A stretch of DNA of 64,000 nucleotides from Methanofollis sp. (GCA_028696365.1 JAQVHG010000001.1:2401-66400); one strand, 5' to 3'. Shown: positions 19,869 to 30,931, counted from the first letter of the stretch. The notes: generated by a model from the letters alone, not told the origin. A program made the numbers and translations.

Positions 19869-20100
19869 GGCTCTGTAGAAATCCTCACCTCTTGTGTGGG
19901 GGAGACGTACGTCATCCGCCTTCCTCCCTCTTTGGTCGGGGGCGCTGCCCCCGGACCCCGGGGACCACGATAGGGTCGGGAAGGCAGAACAGATAACCAT
20001 GACGAAGGAGTTGTCGTCCACGACCTATCGTGTCGCGGGGGGTTCGGGGGGCGGCACGCACCCCGCCACAGAGTTCTATCCTGGGGGTTTCTACAAAACT
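19869..20100 (+). mobile_element. Family A element, full copy
   Basis: GGCTCTGTAGAAA...TTTCTACAAAACT, 232 bp, just after the T-tract following fen. Confidence 0.85.
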
Positions 20101-20134
20101 CTAAACTTATCTATTCACACCTCAGATAATCCCT

Positions 20135-21304
20135 ATGCGTCTGATCGCTTCATTCGTCCTTCTGACACTCATACTTACATCGATATGCCCAACTGCTGGT
20201 TCAACCCTCTCTTTGCCAGACTCTGCCCCTAAATTTGTGGAGAGAGCACCGATGAGCACCGTCGACCTCATCCCCATCGCTCTACTCCCTGCAGAGGAGG
20301 GGGGTTACTTCCAGGTCGTCAACGCCGTCACCTACCTACCAGGAGACGATCCTGCCTCTGCGCTCCTCCTTGTCAGGGTTGGACCGGACGGCTCGACCAG
20401 CTGGACGACCAGTATAGATGGCAGACCACGTGCCGCTGTCTCCGCCCCTGACGGCGGGTGGGTTGTCACCGGCAGCAACCAGAGAAAAGCTTGGGCTGCA
20501 AAATATACCGACGACGGCATGCTCCAATGGGAACGTGTGAGCACGCGTGAGGAGGACTCAGAGGTTCTGGCGATCACCCGCGCCGTCGACGGAGGGTTCT
20601 TCCTCGCAGGATTTCTGGAGAACCAGAGCACCGAAGAGGACCAGATGGGTGAGATCTATCTCGAACACCTCGACACCGACGGCGTCCCACTCCTTGAGAC
20701 CTCCTGTGTCGTTTCCCAGAGTGATACCAGCATTGAGGTGACCGACATTGCAGACACCGGGGATCTGCTCCTCATCACTACCAGAGATTCACTCGTCAGG
20801 ACCGGTCCAGACGGCACCGTCCTCTCTGTAGAGCAATGGCCAAAGGACACCTTTGCCGCTTTCCCTCTGGAAGACAGTTTTATCGTTGCCGGCAGCGTGC
20901 TCCACAACCGTACGTGGGTCCGGACTCTGACAAAAATGGATCTCGATGGGTCCATCATTTGGGAGCGCCAGTATGAAGAATTAGAAGTAACGATCGAGGG
21001 GCTTGTCGATGGACCAGACGGCGAGATCGTTGCCTTTGGGACATGCTCGTACAATCGCACCTGCCCGCCCTTCACCGAGCCTGTCATCGATTCCTGTATC
21101 GTGGTGTTTGGTCCTGACGGAGAACTCCGCTGGCAGAAGACAAGCGGCTATCCTGGCATAGATAGTGGCAGTGGAGTCATCACGACAGACAGCGGATATC
21201 TTCTCCTGGCCGCATATATCATCCCCCTTGAAAAATTTGATGCGTACAATCTACGATTTTACGCCTTAGGCACCACTCTTATTCCGTTCGAGGAGCATCA
21301 GTGA
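20135..21304 (+). CDS. Secreted beta-propeller-like protein
   Basis: Signal peptide; repeated DG..W and DGG..LAG blades. Confidence 0.7.
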   Translation: MRLIASFVLLTLILTSICPTAGSTLSLPDSAPKFVERAPMSTVDLIPIALLPAEEGGYFQVVNAVTYLPGDDPASALLLVRVGPDGSTSWTTSIDGRPRAAVSAPDGGWVVTGSNQRKAWAAKYTDDGMLQWERVSTREEDSEVLAITRAVDGGFFLAGFLENQSTEEDQMGEIYLEHLDTDGVPLLETSCVVSQSDTSIEVTDIADTGDLLLITTRDSLVRTGPDGTVLSVEQWPKDTFAAFPLEDSFIVAGSVLHNRTWVRTLTKMDLDGSIIWERQYEELEVTIEGLVDGPDGEIVAFGTCSYNRTCPPFTEPVIDSCIVVFGPDGELRWQKTSGYPGIDSGSGVITTDSGYLLLAAYIIPLEKFDAYNLRFYALGTTLIPFEEHQ

Positions 21305-21334
21305 ACTAGAGAGAGAAAAAAACCCAGATTTTCC

Positions 21335-21501
21335 CTGAGGGCGCTGCCCCCGGACTCCCAGGATGAAGATTGGGCAGCAGGGAAGGCATATTCAAAATCC
21401 CTGAAGAGAGATTGCCGTCCTCGACCTATCGTGACACGCGGGGGTTCGAGGGGCAGCAAGTCCCCCGCCAGAGAGAAATATCCTGAGGTTTCTACAGAGC
21501 C
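21335..21501 (+). mobile_element. Family A element, left-truncated
   Basis: Core hairpin plus right TIR TTTCTACAGAGCC, between convergent genes. Confidence 0.75.
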
Positions 21502-21519
21502 AAAAAAAGGGAATACAGA

Positions 21520-22113
21520 TCAGAGCTGCTTCCAGATATAGACGATCCGCTGCAGGGCGGTGTAATGCCCGAACACCCCGTAGATAACCAGGAGCCATCC
21601 GAGGTACGGCAGCCCGTACACCGGCGCCGCAAAGATGAGGTCAAGCAGACCGGCGATGATCAGGAGCACCAGACGGTCGGCCCGCCCCAGGATCCCGCCG
21701 TAGTACCTCCCTACCCCGAGTGCCTGAGCCTGCGTGCCCATGTACGAGGACATTAGCACCCCGGTGAGGGCGAAGACCCCGATCTGCCAGGAGGCCGCAC
21801 CGCCTGCAAAGAGCCCGGTGATAATAACGATATCAGCATACCGGTCTGCGACATGGTCTATGAAGTCGCCGCGCAGACTTGCGACCTCAAGTTCTCGGGC
21901 AAGCGCCCCATCCATGGCGTCGAAGACCGCATTCACCGCGACCAGCAGGACCCCCCAGGCGATCTCGCCGAAGTAAAAGGCACCGCCAGCCGCGAAGGCT
22001 GCAATCAGTGCAATGGCCGAGAAGAAGTTTGGCGTGAGATTGAGACGGGCCGCCCCGGCGATCGCCGGGGAGAGAAGATCGCCAACATAGGGGCGGAGAC
22101 GGTCGAGGGTCAT
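21520..22113 (-). CDS. CDP-alcohol phosphatidyltransferase (archaetidylinositol/glycerol-phosphate synthase-like)
   Basis: DAMDGALAR...GDFIDHVADR signature. Confidence 0.9.
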   Translation of the reverse strand: MTLDRLRPYVGDLLSPAIAGAARLNLTPNFFSAIALIAAFAAGGAFYFGEIAWGVLLVAVNAVFDAMDGALARELEVASLRGDFIDHVADRYADIVIITGLFAGGAASWQIGVFALTGVLMSSYMGTQAQALGVGRYYGGILGRADRLVLLIIAGLLDLIFAAPVYGLPYLGWLLVIYGVFGHYTALQRIVYIWKQL

Positions 22114-22622
22114 AGCCCCTCCAGGAGATAAGAGGACCAATCAACCGTCCCGACAGAGGGGGCGACCGTGCCCTCAATGAAGCCCTCAATGAGGTCGGCG
22201 ACCTCCTCAGGGCTCCGTACACTGGCGTCCACCTCAAGCACCTGCTCCCTAGAGATGCCCTCCAACGTCTCGATAAGGATGACATCCAGGGCCTCGGCCT
22301 CCGCGTTCTCTCGCACCTTCTCGCGGGGATAGCCACGTGCGGTCAACCTCTCTTCCAGGAGATCAGGCTGGCACCGGAGCACCACCACCAGGTCGCAGGG
22401 GAGAAGATGAGCAAGATGCCCTTCCACCACCCCGTCGATCGGTTCAAAGGCTGCCGCCCACGCCTCGGCGTCCACGACCCTGGTGTCACGCTCAGGATCC
22501 TTCCCAAGAATGAACGGCCCGACCGTCTCGGTGGCGTGCACCACATGACAGCCACGCCCGGCCAGCACCACGCCGACCGTGCTCTTGCCTGTGCCCGGCG
22601 TCCCGGTGATCCCGACCATCAT
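22110..22622 (-). CDS. Adenylate kinase 6 (Fap7/AK6 family)
   Basis: GITGTPGTGKST, VEGH and RGY...KVRENAEAE motifs. Confidence 0.9.
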   Translation of the reverse strand: MMVGITGTPGTGKSTVGVVLAGRGCHVVHATETVGPFILGKDPERDTRVVDAEAWAAAFEPIDGVVEGHLAHLLPCDLVVVLRCQPDLLEERLTARGYPREKVRENAEAEALDVILIETLEGISREQVLEVDASVRSPEEVADLIEGFIEGTVAPSVGTVDWSSYLLEGL

Positions 22623-23683
22623 TGCAGATCCCTGACCTTCTCCAGAAAGAGTTCGTTCTCCCAATCGGCACCGATGCATACCCTGATATACTGGTCTTCA
22701 AGCCCAGGGAAACTCCGGCACGACCTGACGACGACGCCCCCTTCTGCCAGTCGCTCCATCGCCTCGTCCCCTGTCATGGGCGCCACATCGATGAGGACGA
22801 AGTTGGCCTCAGAGGGAGCGACCGAGAAGGGGATCTCGGCCATGAAACGTTCCCTCCACTGCCTCACATGCGCCACGGCCTCGTCGATGTGCGCCTGGTC
22901 TGCAAGCGCCGCCTCAGCAGCAGCAAGGGCGACACAGTTCACGGCAAAGGGGGTGCCTGCCTGCTCCAGATTGGGGGAGAGCCATTCAGGGACAATAGCG
23001 TATCCAAAGCGCAGTCCGGCCAGCGAGTAGGCCTTGGACATCGTCCGCCCCTCGATGAGGTGGTCGTACTCCTGCATCAACGGGCGGTAGTCCACGTCTG
23101 AGAACTCGATATAGGCATTGTCCAGGAAGAGGAGACAGTCAGTCCCCTCAAGGATCTCCCTGACCACCTCGACCGGAACCACATTTCCGGTCGGGTTGTT
23201 TGGCGTGCAGAGGAAGGCGAGCTTCGCTCCCTGGCATGCCTCGATAAACCGCGTGGAATCGACCGAAAAGTCTGGTTCGCGTGGGACCTCGACGACCTCT
23301 GCCCCCTGCGCTGCAGCAGCAAGCCCGTAGAAGGAAAACGTCGGGGTGGAGATGACGACGCGGTCGCCAGGCTCCACCACGGTGCGCACCACCGTCTCGA
23401 TCACTCCGTCCATACCATTGCCGAGGAGAAAGGCATAGTCGCCATGCACCCTCTTGAGGGCGTCGACCACGGCCTCCTGCCGTGCCGGCGGGTAGCGGTT
23501 CCCTTTCTTCAGGGCGGACAAACCCGCAGCGACCACCGCCTCAGAGGGGGGAGCAGGGTTCTCGTTGCTTGCAAGCCGCGCCACCCTTGAAAGCCCCTGC
23601 TCGCGTGCGATCTCCTCCGCACTCTTTGCAAAGACGTATCCGCCTGCAGTCGCGTAACAACGCCTAACGATTGAGCGCTTCAT
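22619..23683 (-). CDS. hisC: Histidinol-phosphate aminotransferase
   Basis: LASNENP, PNNPTG, DNAYIEF and RTMSKAYSLAGLRFG motifs. Confidence 0.92.
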   Translation of the reverse strand: MKRSIVRRCYATAGGYVFAKSAEEIAREQGLSRVARLASNENPAPPSEAVVAAGLSALKKGNRYPPARQEAVVDALKRVHGDYAFLLGNGMDGVIETVVRTVVEPGDRVVISTPTFSFYGLAAAAQGAEVVEVPREPDFSVDSTRFIEACQGAKLAFLCTPNNPTGNVVPVEVVREILEGTDCLLFLDNAYIEFSDVDYRPLMQEYDHLIEGRTMSKAYSLAGLRFGYAIVPEWLSPNLEQAGTPFAVNCVALAAAEAALADQAHIDEAVAHVRQWRERFMAEIPFSVAPSEANFVLIDVAPMTGDEAMERLAEGGVVVRSCRSFPGLEDQYIRVCIGADWENELFLEKVRDLQ

Positions 23684-24803
23684 TGATCACACCGACGGCC
23701 GTGTCGATCTCCTCGTCGGTTATGACAAGGGGCGGCACGAGCCTGATGTTCCCGTCGGCCGCGCAGTTGATGAACACCCCATGTTCGGCACAGTAGTGCT
23801 GCACCTCTGCACAGCGATCGCCGACCGTGAACCCGATCATCAGCCCCACCTGCCTGGGGTCCCAGACAGCGAGGCCCTCGGCAAAGCGTGCCCCTTTCTC
23901 TGGGATGGACGGGAGGAGTTCTTCGATCACGCTGATTGTCGCCCGTGCGGTAGCACAGGCAAGCGGGCCACCGGCAAAGGTGCTTCCGTGCTCGCCTCCC
24001 TTGAACTCCAGACCCTTGCGGGCGACAAGCGCCCCCATAGGGAACCCGCTTGCGATCCCTTTGGCCATCGTGACAATGTCGGGCTGTGCGTTAGTGTGCT
24101 GGAACGCGAACCACTTCCCGGTCCGTCCCATTCCAGTCTGGACCTCGTCAACGATCATCAGGGCGCCGTGGCGGTCACAACACTCCCTAATCCCTTCAAG
24201 AAAGCCCTTTGGCGCAGGGAAGACCCCAGACTCACCCTGGATCCCTTCGACGATCACCCCAGCGGTATCATCGTCCATCGCCTGCTCAAGGGCGTCGAGG
24301 TCACCATACTCGACGAAGGTGCATGCAGGTTCAAGGGGCTCGAAGGGCTCCCTGATCGCGGGTTTGTGAGTGACTGCAAGCGCCCCCATCGTCCGGCCGT
24401 GGAAACTGTGCGTGAAGGCGACGAACTTCTTCCTGCCTGTAGCAAGACGAGCAAGTTTGATCGCCCCTTCATTCGCCTCGGCACCAGAGTTCGAGAAGAA
24501 CGCCTTCCCACCGGCAAACCCTGAGATCTCCACGATCTTCTTGGCGAGTTCGGCCTGGTGCGGGACATAAAAGAGGTTTGAGCAGTGGATCAGTTCATGC
24601 GCCTGCGTGCAGATCGCCTCCACCACCTTTGGGTGGCAGTGGCCGGTGCTGCAGACCGCGATCCCCGCGACACAGTCGATATATTCATTCCCTTCTGCAT
24701 CCCAGAGGCGGGCCCCCTGCCCGCGCACGATCTCGGTCGTGCGCGAGAAGGCGGGCATATAATACTCCGCGTCCAGTTCCCGATAGTTTTCTGCTAATTC
24801 CAT
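23664..24803 (-). CDS. argD: Acetylornithine aminotransferase
   Basis: NSGAEANE, SFHGRT, DEVQTGMGRTG and GSTFAG motifs. Confidence 0.9.
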   Translation of the reverse strand: MELAENYRELDAEYYMPAFSRTTEIVRGQGARLWDAEGNEYIDCVAGIAVCSTGHCHPKVVEAICTQAHELIHCSNLFYVPHQAELAKKIVEISGFAGGKAFFSNSGAEANEGAIKLARLATGRKKFVAFTHSFHGRTMGALAVTHKPAIREPFEPLEPACTFVEYGDLDALEQAMDDDTAGVIVEGIQGESGVFPAPKGFLEGIRECCDRHGALMIVDEVQTGMGRTGKWFAFQHTNAQPDIVTMAKGIASGFPMGALVARKGLEFKGGEHGSTFAGGPLACATARATISVIEELLPSIPEKGARFAEGLAVWDPRQVGLMIGFTVGDRCAEVQHYCAEHGVFINCAADGNIRLVPPLVITDEEIDTAVGVINEALNR

Positions 24804-24815
24804 ACCATCATCATC

Positions 24816-25733
24816 TCATTCGTATTCGATTGTTGCAGGGGGCTTGGGGGTGATGTCATAGACCACCCGCGAGACCTCGGCGATCTCGGACGCAATCCGT
24901 CCGGCGATCCTGACCAGGTCGTCGAAGGGCACCTCCAGCGGGTCGGCGGTCATGCCGTCGCGCGAGTTCACCGCTCTGACCGCGACGACCCAACCGAAAC
25001 ACCTGACATCGCCCTTGACACCTGTCCCCCGGCCAAGGAGCGCAGCAAAGCACTGCCAGGGCTGGTAACGCTCGACAAGTTCTTCCTCCACGATCGCGTT
25101 TGCCTCCCTGACGACCGCGACCTTCTCTGGGGTCACCTCGCCAAGGACCCGCACTGCAAGCCCAGGGCCAGGGAAAGGCATCCTGTGCTGGATCTCTGCG
25201 GGAAGGCCGAGACCGCCGGCGACCTCGCGCACTTCGTCCTTGTAGAGATCGCGCAGAGGTTCGATCACCTTCTCGAACATCATGTCCAGAGGCATGCCGC
25301 CCACATTGTGGTGGCTCTTGATCCCGCCCTCACTCTCGATCCGGTCAGGATAGATCGTACCCTGTAGGAGGTACTTTGCGCCGGTGACCTTTGCCTCGCG
25401 CTCAAAGATCCTGATGAACCGCTCGCCGATGACCTTTCTCTTCTCCTCAGGATCAGTGATCCCCTTCAGCGCCGCAAAAAATTCTTCGGCGGCGTCGACT
25501 CTTTTCACACCAAGGGGAGCGAAGACCTCACAGATCCGGTCGCTCTCGTTCTTACGCATCAGCCCGGTGTCCACATAGATGGGGACCAGGTTCGTCCCGA
25601 TCGCCCGTGCCGCCAGCATCGCACAGACCGAGGAATCCACGCCTCCTGAGAGAGCGACGACGACCTTCTCGTCCCCTGCCTCCTGTGTGATCTCCTCGAC
25701 TGCACGCTCGATAAACTGCTCTACCTTGACCAT
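24816..25733 (-). CDS. guaAB: GMP synthase subunit B (ATP pyrophosphatase)
   Basis: [23 protein letters not shown] and KPPATIEYE motifs. Confidence 0.95.
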   Translation of the reverse strand: MVKVEQFIERAVEEITQEAGDEKVVVALSGGVDSSVCAMLAARAIGTNLVPIYVDTGLMRKNESDRICEVFAPLGVKRVDAAEEFFAALKGITDPEEKRKVIGERFIRIFEREAKVTGAKYLLQGTIYPDRIESEGGIKSHHNVGGMPLDMMFEKVIEPLRDLYKDEVREVAGGLGLPAEIQHRMPFPGPGLAVRVLGEVTPEKVAVVREANAIVEEELVERYQPWQCFAALLGRGTGVKGDVRCFGWVVAVRAVNSRDGMTADPLEVPFDDLVRIAGRIASEIAEVSRVVYDITPKPPATIEYE

Positions 25734-25747
25734 TGCTCAACCTCTTT

Positions 25748-27334
25748 TTACTGGTGTTTCTGGTTCTTGTGTTCCATGCACGCCTTCACAAACCCGATAT
25801 AAGGCGGTGACGCCCTTGTCGGTCTTGACCTGAACTCAGGATGGAACTGAGTCGCAAAGAAGAACGGGTGGGATGGGAGTTCGAGGATCTCCATTCTGTT
25901 CCCGTTCGTCCCTGAAAAGACCAGCCCGCCTTTCTTCAGCTCCTCGATATACTCGGGGTTCACCTCGTAGCGATGCCGGTGCCGCTCGGTGATTGACTTC
26001 TTCTGATAGAGGGCCCAGGCTGTGGTCCCCTCCACCAGATCGACCGGATAACTCCCAAGACGCATGGTCCCGCCGAGTTTGGTGACGTTCTCCTGCTCTG
26101 GGAGGAGGGCAATCACGTGGGTGCCCTCGCCGAACTCCTCTGAGATCGCGTCCTCATACCCAAGGACATCGCGGGCAAACTCCACGACTGCCATCTGGAA
26201 CCCAAGGCAGATCCCGAGGAACGGGATCTGGTTCTCCCTAGCATACCTGATCGCAGCAACCTTTCCCGAGACCCCGCGCTGGCCAAAGCCGCCAGGGATC
26301 AAGACGCCGTCGAGTTCGGCAAGTTCTGCAGGTTCGTAGGTCTCTGCGTCCAGCCACTTGATCTGCACCTCGGCAGAGAGGGTGCGGCCGGCATGCTTGA
26401 GGGCCTCCTTGATCGAGAGATATACGTCCTCGATCCCGTACTTGGTGACGATCCCGATGGTCACCCGGTTGGTGTAGTCCTCGGTGACGGTGCGATACCA
26501 CTCGGCGTCCACCCCACGTTTTTCAAGGTCAAGGAGGTTGAGGACGACGTTGGCGGCTCCTTCCTTCTCAAGTTCCATCGGAACATGGTAGATGTCGGAG
26601 GCGTCGGCCGCGCTGATGACCGCGTTGAGCGGGACGTCGCAGAATTCAGAGATCTTCCGGCGTGAGTGCATCGGAAGAACCCGGTCGCTCCGGCAGACGA
26701 TGATGTCTGGCCGCAGTCCGAGTTCGCGCAGCGCCTTGACCGAGTGCTGCGTCGGTTTGGTCTTGAGGTCGCCCATCGTGTCTGCAGGGACCAGGGTCAC
26801 GTGCAGCAAGGCGGTGTCGTGTGCGGGGAGTTCGCCGCGCATCTGACGCACCGCCTCAAGGAATGGCATCGACTCGATGTCGCCGACGGTGCCGCCGACC
26901 TCGACCAGGCACACTTCGGCTTCGTAGCCGTTGTTCTCGAACTCTTCTGCAGACCGGGCGATGCAGGCCTTGATCTCGTCAGTGATGTGTGGGATGATCT
27001 GAACGGTCACACCCAGGAAATCACCGCGCCGTTCTTTCTCGATGACGCTCCTGTAGATCTTGCCGGTGGTGATGTTGTGGTTGCGCGTCAACTCGATGTC
27101 AAGAAAACGTTCGTAGTTGCCGAGGTCAAGGTCAACCTCACCCCCGTCGCTGAGCACGAAGACTTCCCCGTGCTGCGCAGGGTTCATGGTACCTGCATCG
27201 ATGTTCAGGTAGGGGTCGATCTTGATCGCAGTGACCTGATACCCCCGGTTCTTCAGGATCCTCCCGATCGATGCTGCTGTTATGCCTTTGCCAAGGCCAC
27301 TCATTACGCCGCCAGTAACGAATATATACTTCAA
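25748..27334 (-). CDS. pyrG: CTP synthase
   Basis: [33 protein letters not shown] and QFHPEF motifs; TTG start. Confidence 0.97.
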   Translation of the reverse strand: MKYIFVTGGVMSGLGKGITAASIGRILKNRGYQVTAIKIDPYLNIDAGTMNPAQHGEVFVLSDGGEVDLDLGNYERFLDIELTRNHNITTGKIYRSVIEKERRGDFLGVTVQIIPHITDEIKACIARSAEEFENNGYEAEVCLVEVGGTVGDIESMPFLEAVRQMRGELPAHDTALLHVTLVPADTMGDLKTKPTQHSVKALRELGLRPDIIVCRSDRVLPMHSRRKISEFCDVPLNAVISAADASDIYHVPMELEKEGAANVVLNLLDLEKRGVDAEWYRTVTEDYTNRVTIGIVTKYGIEDVYLSIKEALKHAGRTLSAEVQIKWLDAETYEPAELAELDGVLIPGGFGQRGVSGKVAAIRYARENQIPFLGICLGFQMAVVEFARDVLGYEDAISEEFGEGTHVIALLPEQENVTKLGGTMRLGSYPVDLVEGTTAWALYQKKSITERHRHRYEVNPEYIEELKKGGLVFSGTNGNRMEILELPSHPFFFATQFHPEFRSRPTRASPPYIGFVKACMEHKNQKHQ

Positions 27335-27630
27335 AACAAATTCCCCGCGGATATCTTCGTACCCATATCTATCTCACCAGGGGATTATAGATGTTCGGCT
27401 TCTAGGCACGGTCTCTTTCCTGCACCTCTCATTTACGCTGTCCTGACCGCGAGAAGGCGCTTAATCTCCCTGATCCTGGGAGTAGTGAAGCCTGTGTGCA
27501 GGTGGGGCATTATTGCAAAGAGTGCTGGATGTATGATCGCACCTCTGGCCGACCTCATCTCATAGGTGGTCCGTCATGAAGGAAGGGACGTGGGGCTCAA
27601 GGACGCTGAAGTGCGGAAGAGTCATGGTTC

Positions 27631-27949
27631 GACTCTATAGAAATCCTCTTGATGTATCTCTCTGGCGGGGGGGGCTTGGCCGCCCCCCGGGGCCCCGCTA
27701 CAACACGATAGGTCGAGGTCAGCAGCACTCTCTTCATGGTCGTCTATTCTGTCTTCCCGACCCTATCTTCTTCCCAGGGGTCTGGGGGATGCGAGTGATA
27801 AAGAGCGTGAGAAGATCTTTGATCTTCGAGATACGAACGATAGTAAGTTCGAGAAAATTTTCAATTTTCGATTGAGCCCTCAGCCGAAGAGGTAGGAAGG
27901 GGAGTGCATCACACTCAGACTAAGAATTGGTGAGGGTTTCTAAAGATCC
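27631..27949 (-). mobile_element. Family A element carrying an ~85-bp insert (module C)
   Basis: GACTCTATAGAAA...TTTCTAAAGATCC; insert 27811-27860 is the near reverse complement of 55633-55682. Confidence 0.75.
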
Positions 27950-28348
27950 CAAAATCCAGATTGAAACCCCCAGAGGGGAGCAGGAATGTTCCCGCCCCCC
28001 TTGCGCTGGAGCGTGAGAAAATGTCTACACTGGTGTGCCCAACACCGATGAGCCTCAATCAACATCACCCTGATTTTGAGGGTACTCCTAACTGAGGCTA
28101 TATCATTCATCAGCCCTGGACAATATATTATTTATGAATAATATTTATGGTACGAGTCTCGCCGGGAGAGAGAATCGTTTCTGTCTGTTATGAATTCATC
28201 GTGGTAGTATTCATGGTCCGAACTCTTCCTTTCTTCAAGGTACATGAGTGTATCTACTCTGTAGAAAAACTCCTGTCGCTCCCCTGCGAGACGAGAGGGG
28301 GGGGAAGGCACAATCCTCTCAAGAACATCGTTTTTGCTTTCCAGATCC

Positions 28349-28582
28349 GGCTCTGTAGAAATCCTCACCCAATTCCTAGTGTGAGCGTAACTCACCCGCC
28401 TTCCTATCCCCTTTGGCCGGGGGCGCTGCCCCCGGACCCCCGGAGAGCACGATAGGGTCGGGAAGGCATATTCAAAATCCATAAAGAGGGATTGCCATCA
28501 TCGACCAATCGTGTTGCGGGGGGTTCGGGGGGCGGCAAACCCCCCGACAGAGAGCTTCCATCAAGAGGATCTCTAGAGAGCC
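28349..28582 (+). mobile_element. Family A element with perfect 8-bp target site duplication
   Basis: CCAGATCC at 28341-28348 and 28583-28590 flanks GGCTCTGTAGAAA...TCTCTAGAGAGCC. Confidence 0.9.
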
Positions 28583-28682
28583 CCAGATCCAATCTTCCTC
28601 CTAGGAGGGAGGGTGGGCGGTAACGCGTTCGAAAACACAGGTACTCGGAGATTCTCGGTGAGGGGAAGATCCACAATTTCTC

Positions 28683-28873
28683 GGTTCTGTAGAAACCATC
28701 ACCACTTCTTGGTGTGAACTGACCCCCCGGACCCCTAGAAACAAGATTGGACTGGGAAGGCATAACCAATGGGCATGAAGAGGATTGCAGTTCCCGACAA
28801 ATCGGGTTAGCGGGGGGACTGGGGGAGGCACGCCCCCTGCAGGGAGAGCCATCCTGAGGGGCTCTACAGAGCC
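28683..28873 (+). mobile_element. Family A element, shorter variant
   Basis: GGTTCTGTAGAAA...GCTCTACAGAGCC followed by a repeat of ACAGAGCC. Confidence 0.8.
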
Positions 28874-28926
28874 ACAGAGCCAGCGGTTCAACAAAACCCA
28901 TATGGGAAGACTTCCTTCTCTTCAGT

Positions 28927-29154
28927 ATGGACACCGAAGAGAAAGAAATGTTCAGAGACCTTTTGTGGCTCAATGCCGTCATCGCAACTGAACTGATCCA
29001 GATCACCGAGAACACCTCCCAGATCCTCAGGAAGCAACCACCGCCCGACTCATGCGTGCGCGAGCACGGTGAACTGCGCGAGACGGCCCTTGCAATCGCG
29101 GAGAAGTACCGTCCTGGCACCGCGCTCGGCCCCCACCTCCGCGGTCATCAATGA
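28927..29154 (+). CDS. 75-aa hypothetical protein
   Basis: Helical, host-like codon usage (LLWLNAVIATELIQITEN); isolated between repeats. Confidence 0.7.
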   Translation: MDTEEKEMFRDLLWLNAVIATELIQITENTSQILRKQPPPDSCVREHGELRETALAIAEKYRPGTALGPHLRGHQ

Positions 29155-29250
29155 GTGGCGCGGCCTGGTGCCAGCCGTGACCTGGTGATAATACCTGTAA
29201 CGGCGATGTCATCTTCTTCACCGGTTTTTTCGAGTGCAAGATAATCTCTG

Positions 29251-29668
29251 GACTGTGTAGAATCGGGTATGAACCTCCGACCCACGCATACGGATGAAAA
29301 TTTCTTTGAGCAGCATTTCGAGATGGGGAGGAACCATTTTCCTTGCGACAGAGCATCTGGAAGATATGGTTTCATCGCCGGCCCCGCCATTCATCATCAT
29401 GGGGGGTTCAGGGGGTGCAACCCCACAGCACGAGACGGCGGTGAAGATTCTGGGGGTGAGAGTGGCACGCCTGATCATCACACTGTCCCAAATCCCGATG
29501 TCAGGGGGCGAGTGTCGCACGGATCTCAGGGATGAAGAGAGAGCCGGGACGGCACAATCAATGACCATGACACGTGCGTTGCAATCCACGACCCATCTTT
29601 GGGTGGGGGGCCCGGGTGCGGCTAAGCCCCTCGCCAGAGAGATACATCCAGAGGATTTCTATAGAGCC
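29251..29668 (+). mobile_element. Composite element: module D end plus family A, with degenerate 8-bp TSD
   Basis: GACTGTGTAGAAT...TTTCTATAGAGCC; flanks AATCTCTG and GATCTTTG (6/8). Confidence 0.7.
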
Positions 29669-29941
29669 GATCTTTGAGTTTTCTTGTGAGATAGAAATCT
29701 CTGTCCATCCCAGACACATCCACTTTCACATACCTTCTCGCAGAGAACTCAATCGAAGACCTTTGGTCATCTCAAGTGTGCTGATGCTCACGCCCCCCAT
29801 ATCTCCGGGAAGAAGAGAGGATCGAGAAGGCATGATGGATGAAGATGAAGAGGGTGCTGCCGTCTGAATTGTGATGAGAATTTACCATGCAAATGATCCT
29901 GAAAATCATCTCTTTGGGTTTGTATAATGGTTTGAATTCAT

Positions 29942-30271
29942 GGCTCTGTAGAATTCCCCTAGACAGCCATCTCTGGCGGGGGGCTTGGCCGCCCCCCGAA
30001 CCCCCCGCGCGAAGATAGGCGTGGGACAGCAACAATCTCTTCATAGTCATTGATTGTGCCTTCCCAACCCAATCTTACTCCCAGAGGTCCGGGGGCGCTG
30101 CCCCTCCCCTGAACCTCCACAGACCAAAAAATAGGCGGGGGCGGCAATGAGGCGGCGTACCCCTGTGGCCTCCTGCTCTGAAGGGGGAGCATAAATCCAA
30201 ACACCCCTGGAACCCACGATCATGTTCAATCTCGTATGCGTAAGCCCTGGGATACCCGATTCTACATATCT
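29942..30271 (-). mobile_element. Composite element: family A plus module D end
   Basis: GGCTCTGTAGAAT...GATACCCGATTCTACATATCT. Confidence 0.7.
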
Positions 30272-30486
30272 GTGGCGGTAGAGAAATCCTCACCCGCCCT
30301 GGATCCTGGCATGAAAGATATGAAGACACACCAACCAGAATCCCTTATCCTGCATGGAGAAAAGATAGCCGTCCAGATGAAAATTCGATCAGAACAGACC
30401 CCTGTTCGGGGGTGCCCCCCTGAGCGGCATGACCAGATATTCCGCAGGTGAGAAGGGTTATCCCGCCCTGACGTGTATGAAAAGAT

Positions 30487-30897
30487 ATGAGTTATCTTGA
30501 GGAGATAAAGGCCAGAGGCCGGAAAGCAAACCCCTTCTTTGTCATGATGGGGATCGACCCCGTCTCATATGGGGACGGCGAGGCCGAACTCTCGATGGAG
30601 GTCAGGCCAGAGATGTGCAACGGGGCCGGATGGCTGCAGGGCGGGGTCTACACCTCCCTTGCCGACGAAGCGATGGCGCTGGCCCTCTTCACCGTCCTTG
30701 AAGAAAACACAAGGATCGCTACCATCTCTGAGACGACACATTACCTTGCAGGCGTGCAGGACGGCACCCTCAAGGCCCGCGGGAAGGTAGTGCGGCGAGG
30801 ACGGCGCGTCGCCTTCGCCGACGGTGAGGTCTCTGACCAGGACGGGAACGTGCTCTCCATGACCACTGCCTCGTTTGCAGTGATGGGCCGCCGGTGA
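30487..30897 (+). CDS. PaaI-family (hotdog-fold) thioesterase
   Basis: N..G.LQGGV..SLADEA motif. Confidence 0.88.
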   Translation: MSYLEEIKARGRKANPFFVMMGIDPVSYGDGEAELSMEVRPEMCNGAGWLQGGVYTSLADEAMALALFTVLEENTRIATISETTHYLAGVQDGTLKARGKVVRRGRRVAFADGEVSDQDGNVLSMTTASFAVMGRR

Positions 30898-30931
30898 GAC
30901 CCCCAGGATGCGTGCACTCTTCGCCACACAC

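Noticed and set aside
27335-27400. pyrG reiterative-transcription attenuator leader
   Set aside because: No GGGC-initiated leader with a terminator hairpin is evident.
27430-27578. Possible Zn-ribbon pseudogene (LRCPDR...HYCKECW)
   Set aside because: No start codon for the first half, only one intact CxxC, and nothing else supports it.
28045-28098. Possible C/D-box sRNA (CGATGA...CTGA...CTGA)
   Set aside because: Box C is imperfect, there is no credible C' box, and the guide lengths are irregular.
27576-30451. Many 60-240 aa ORFs in repeat-filled gaps (e.g. 28404-29120, 29294-29677; also 42699-43184 and 55349-55723)
   Set aside because: They recur as LCRNP / VSTEP / GALPPDP translations of the repeat in various frames, with no consistent start or RBS and no transposase motifs.
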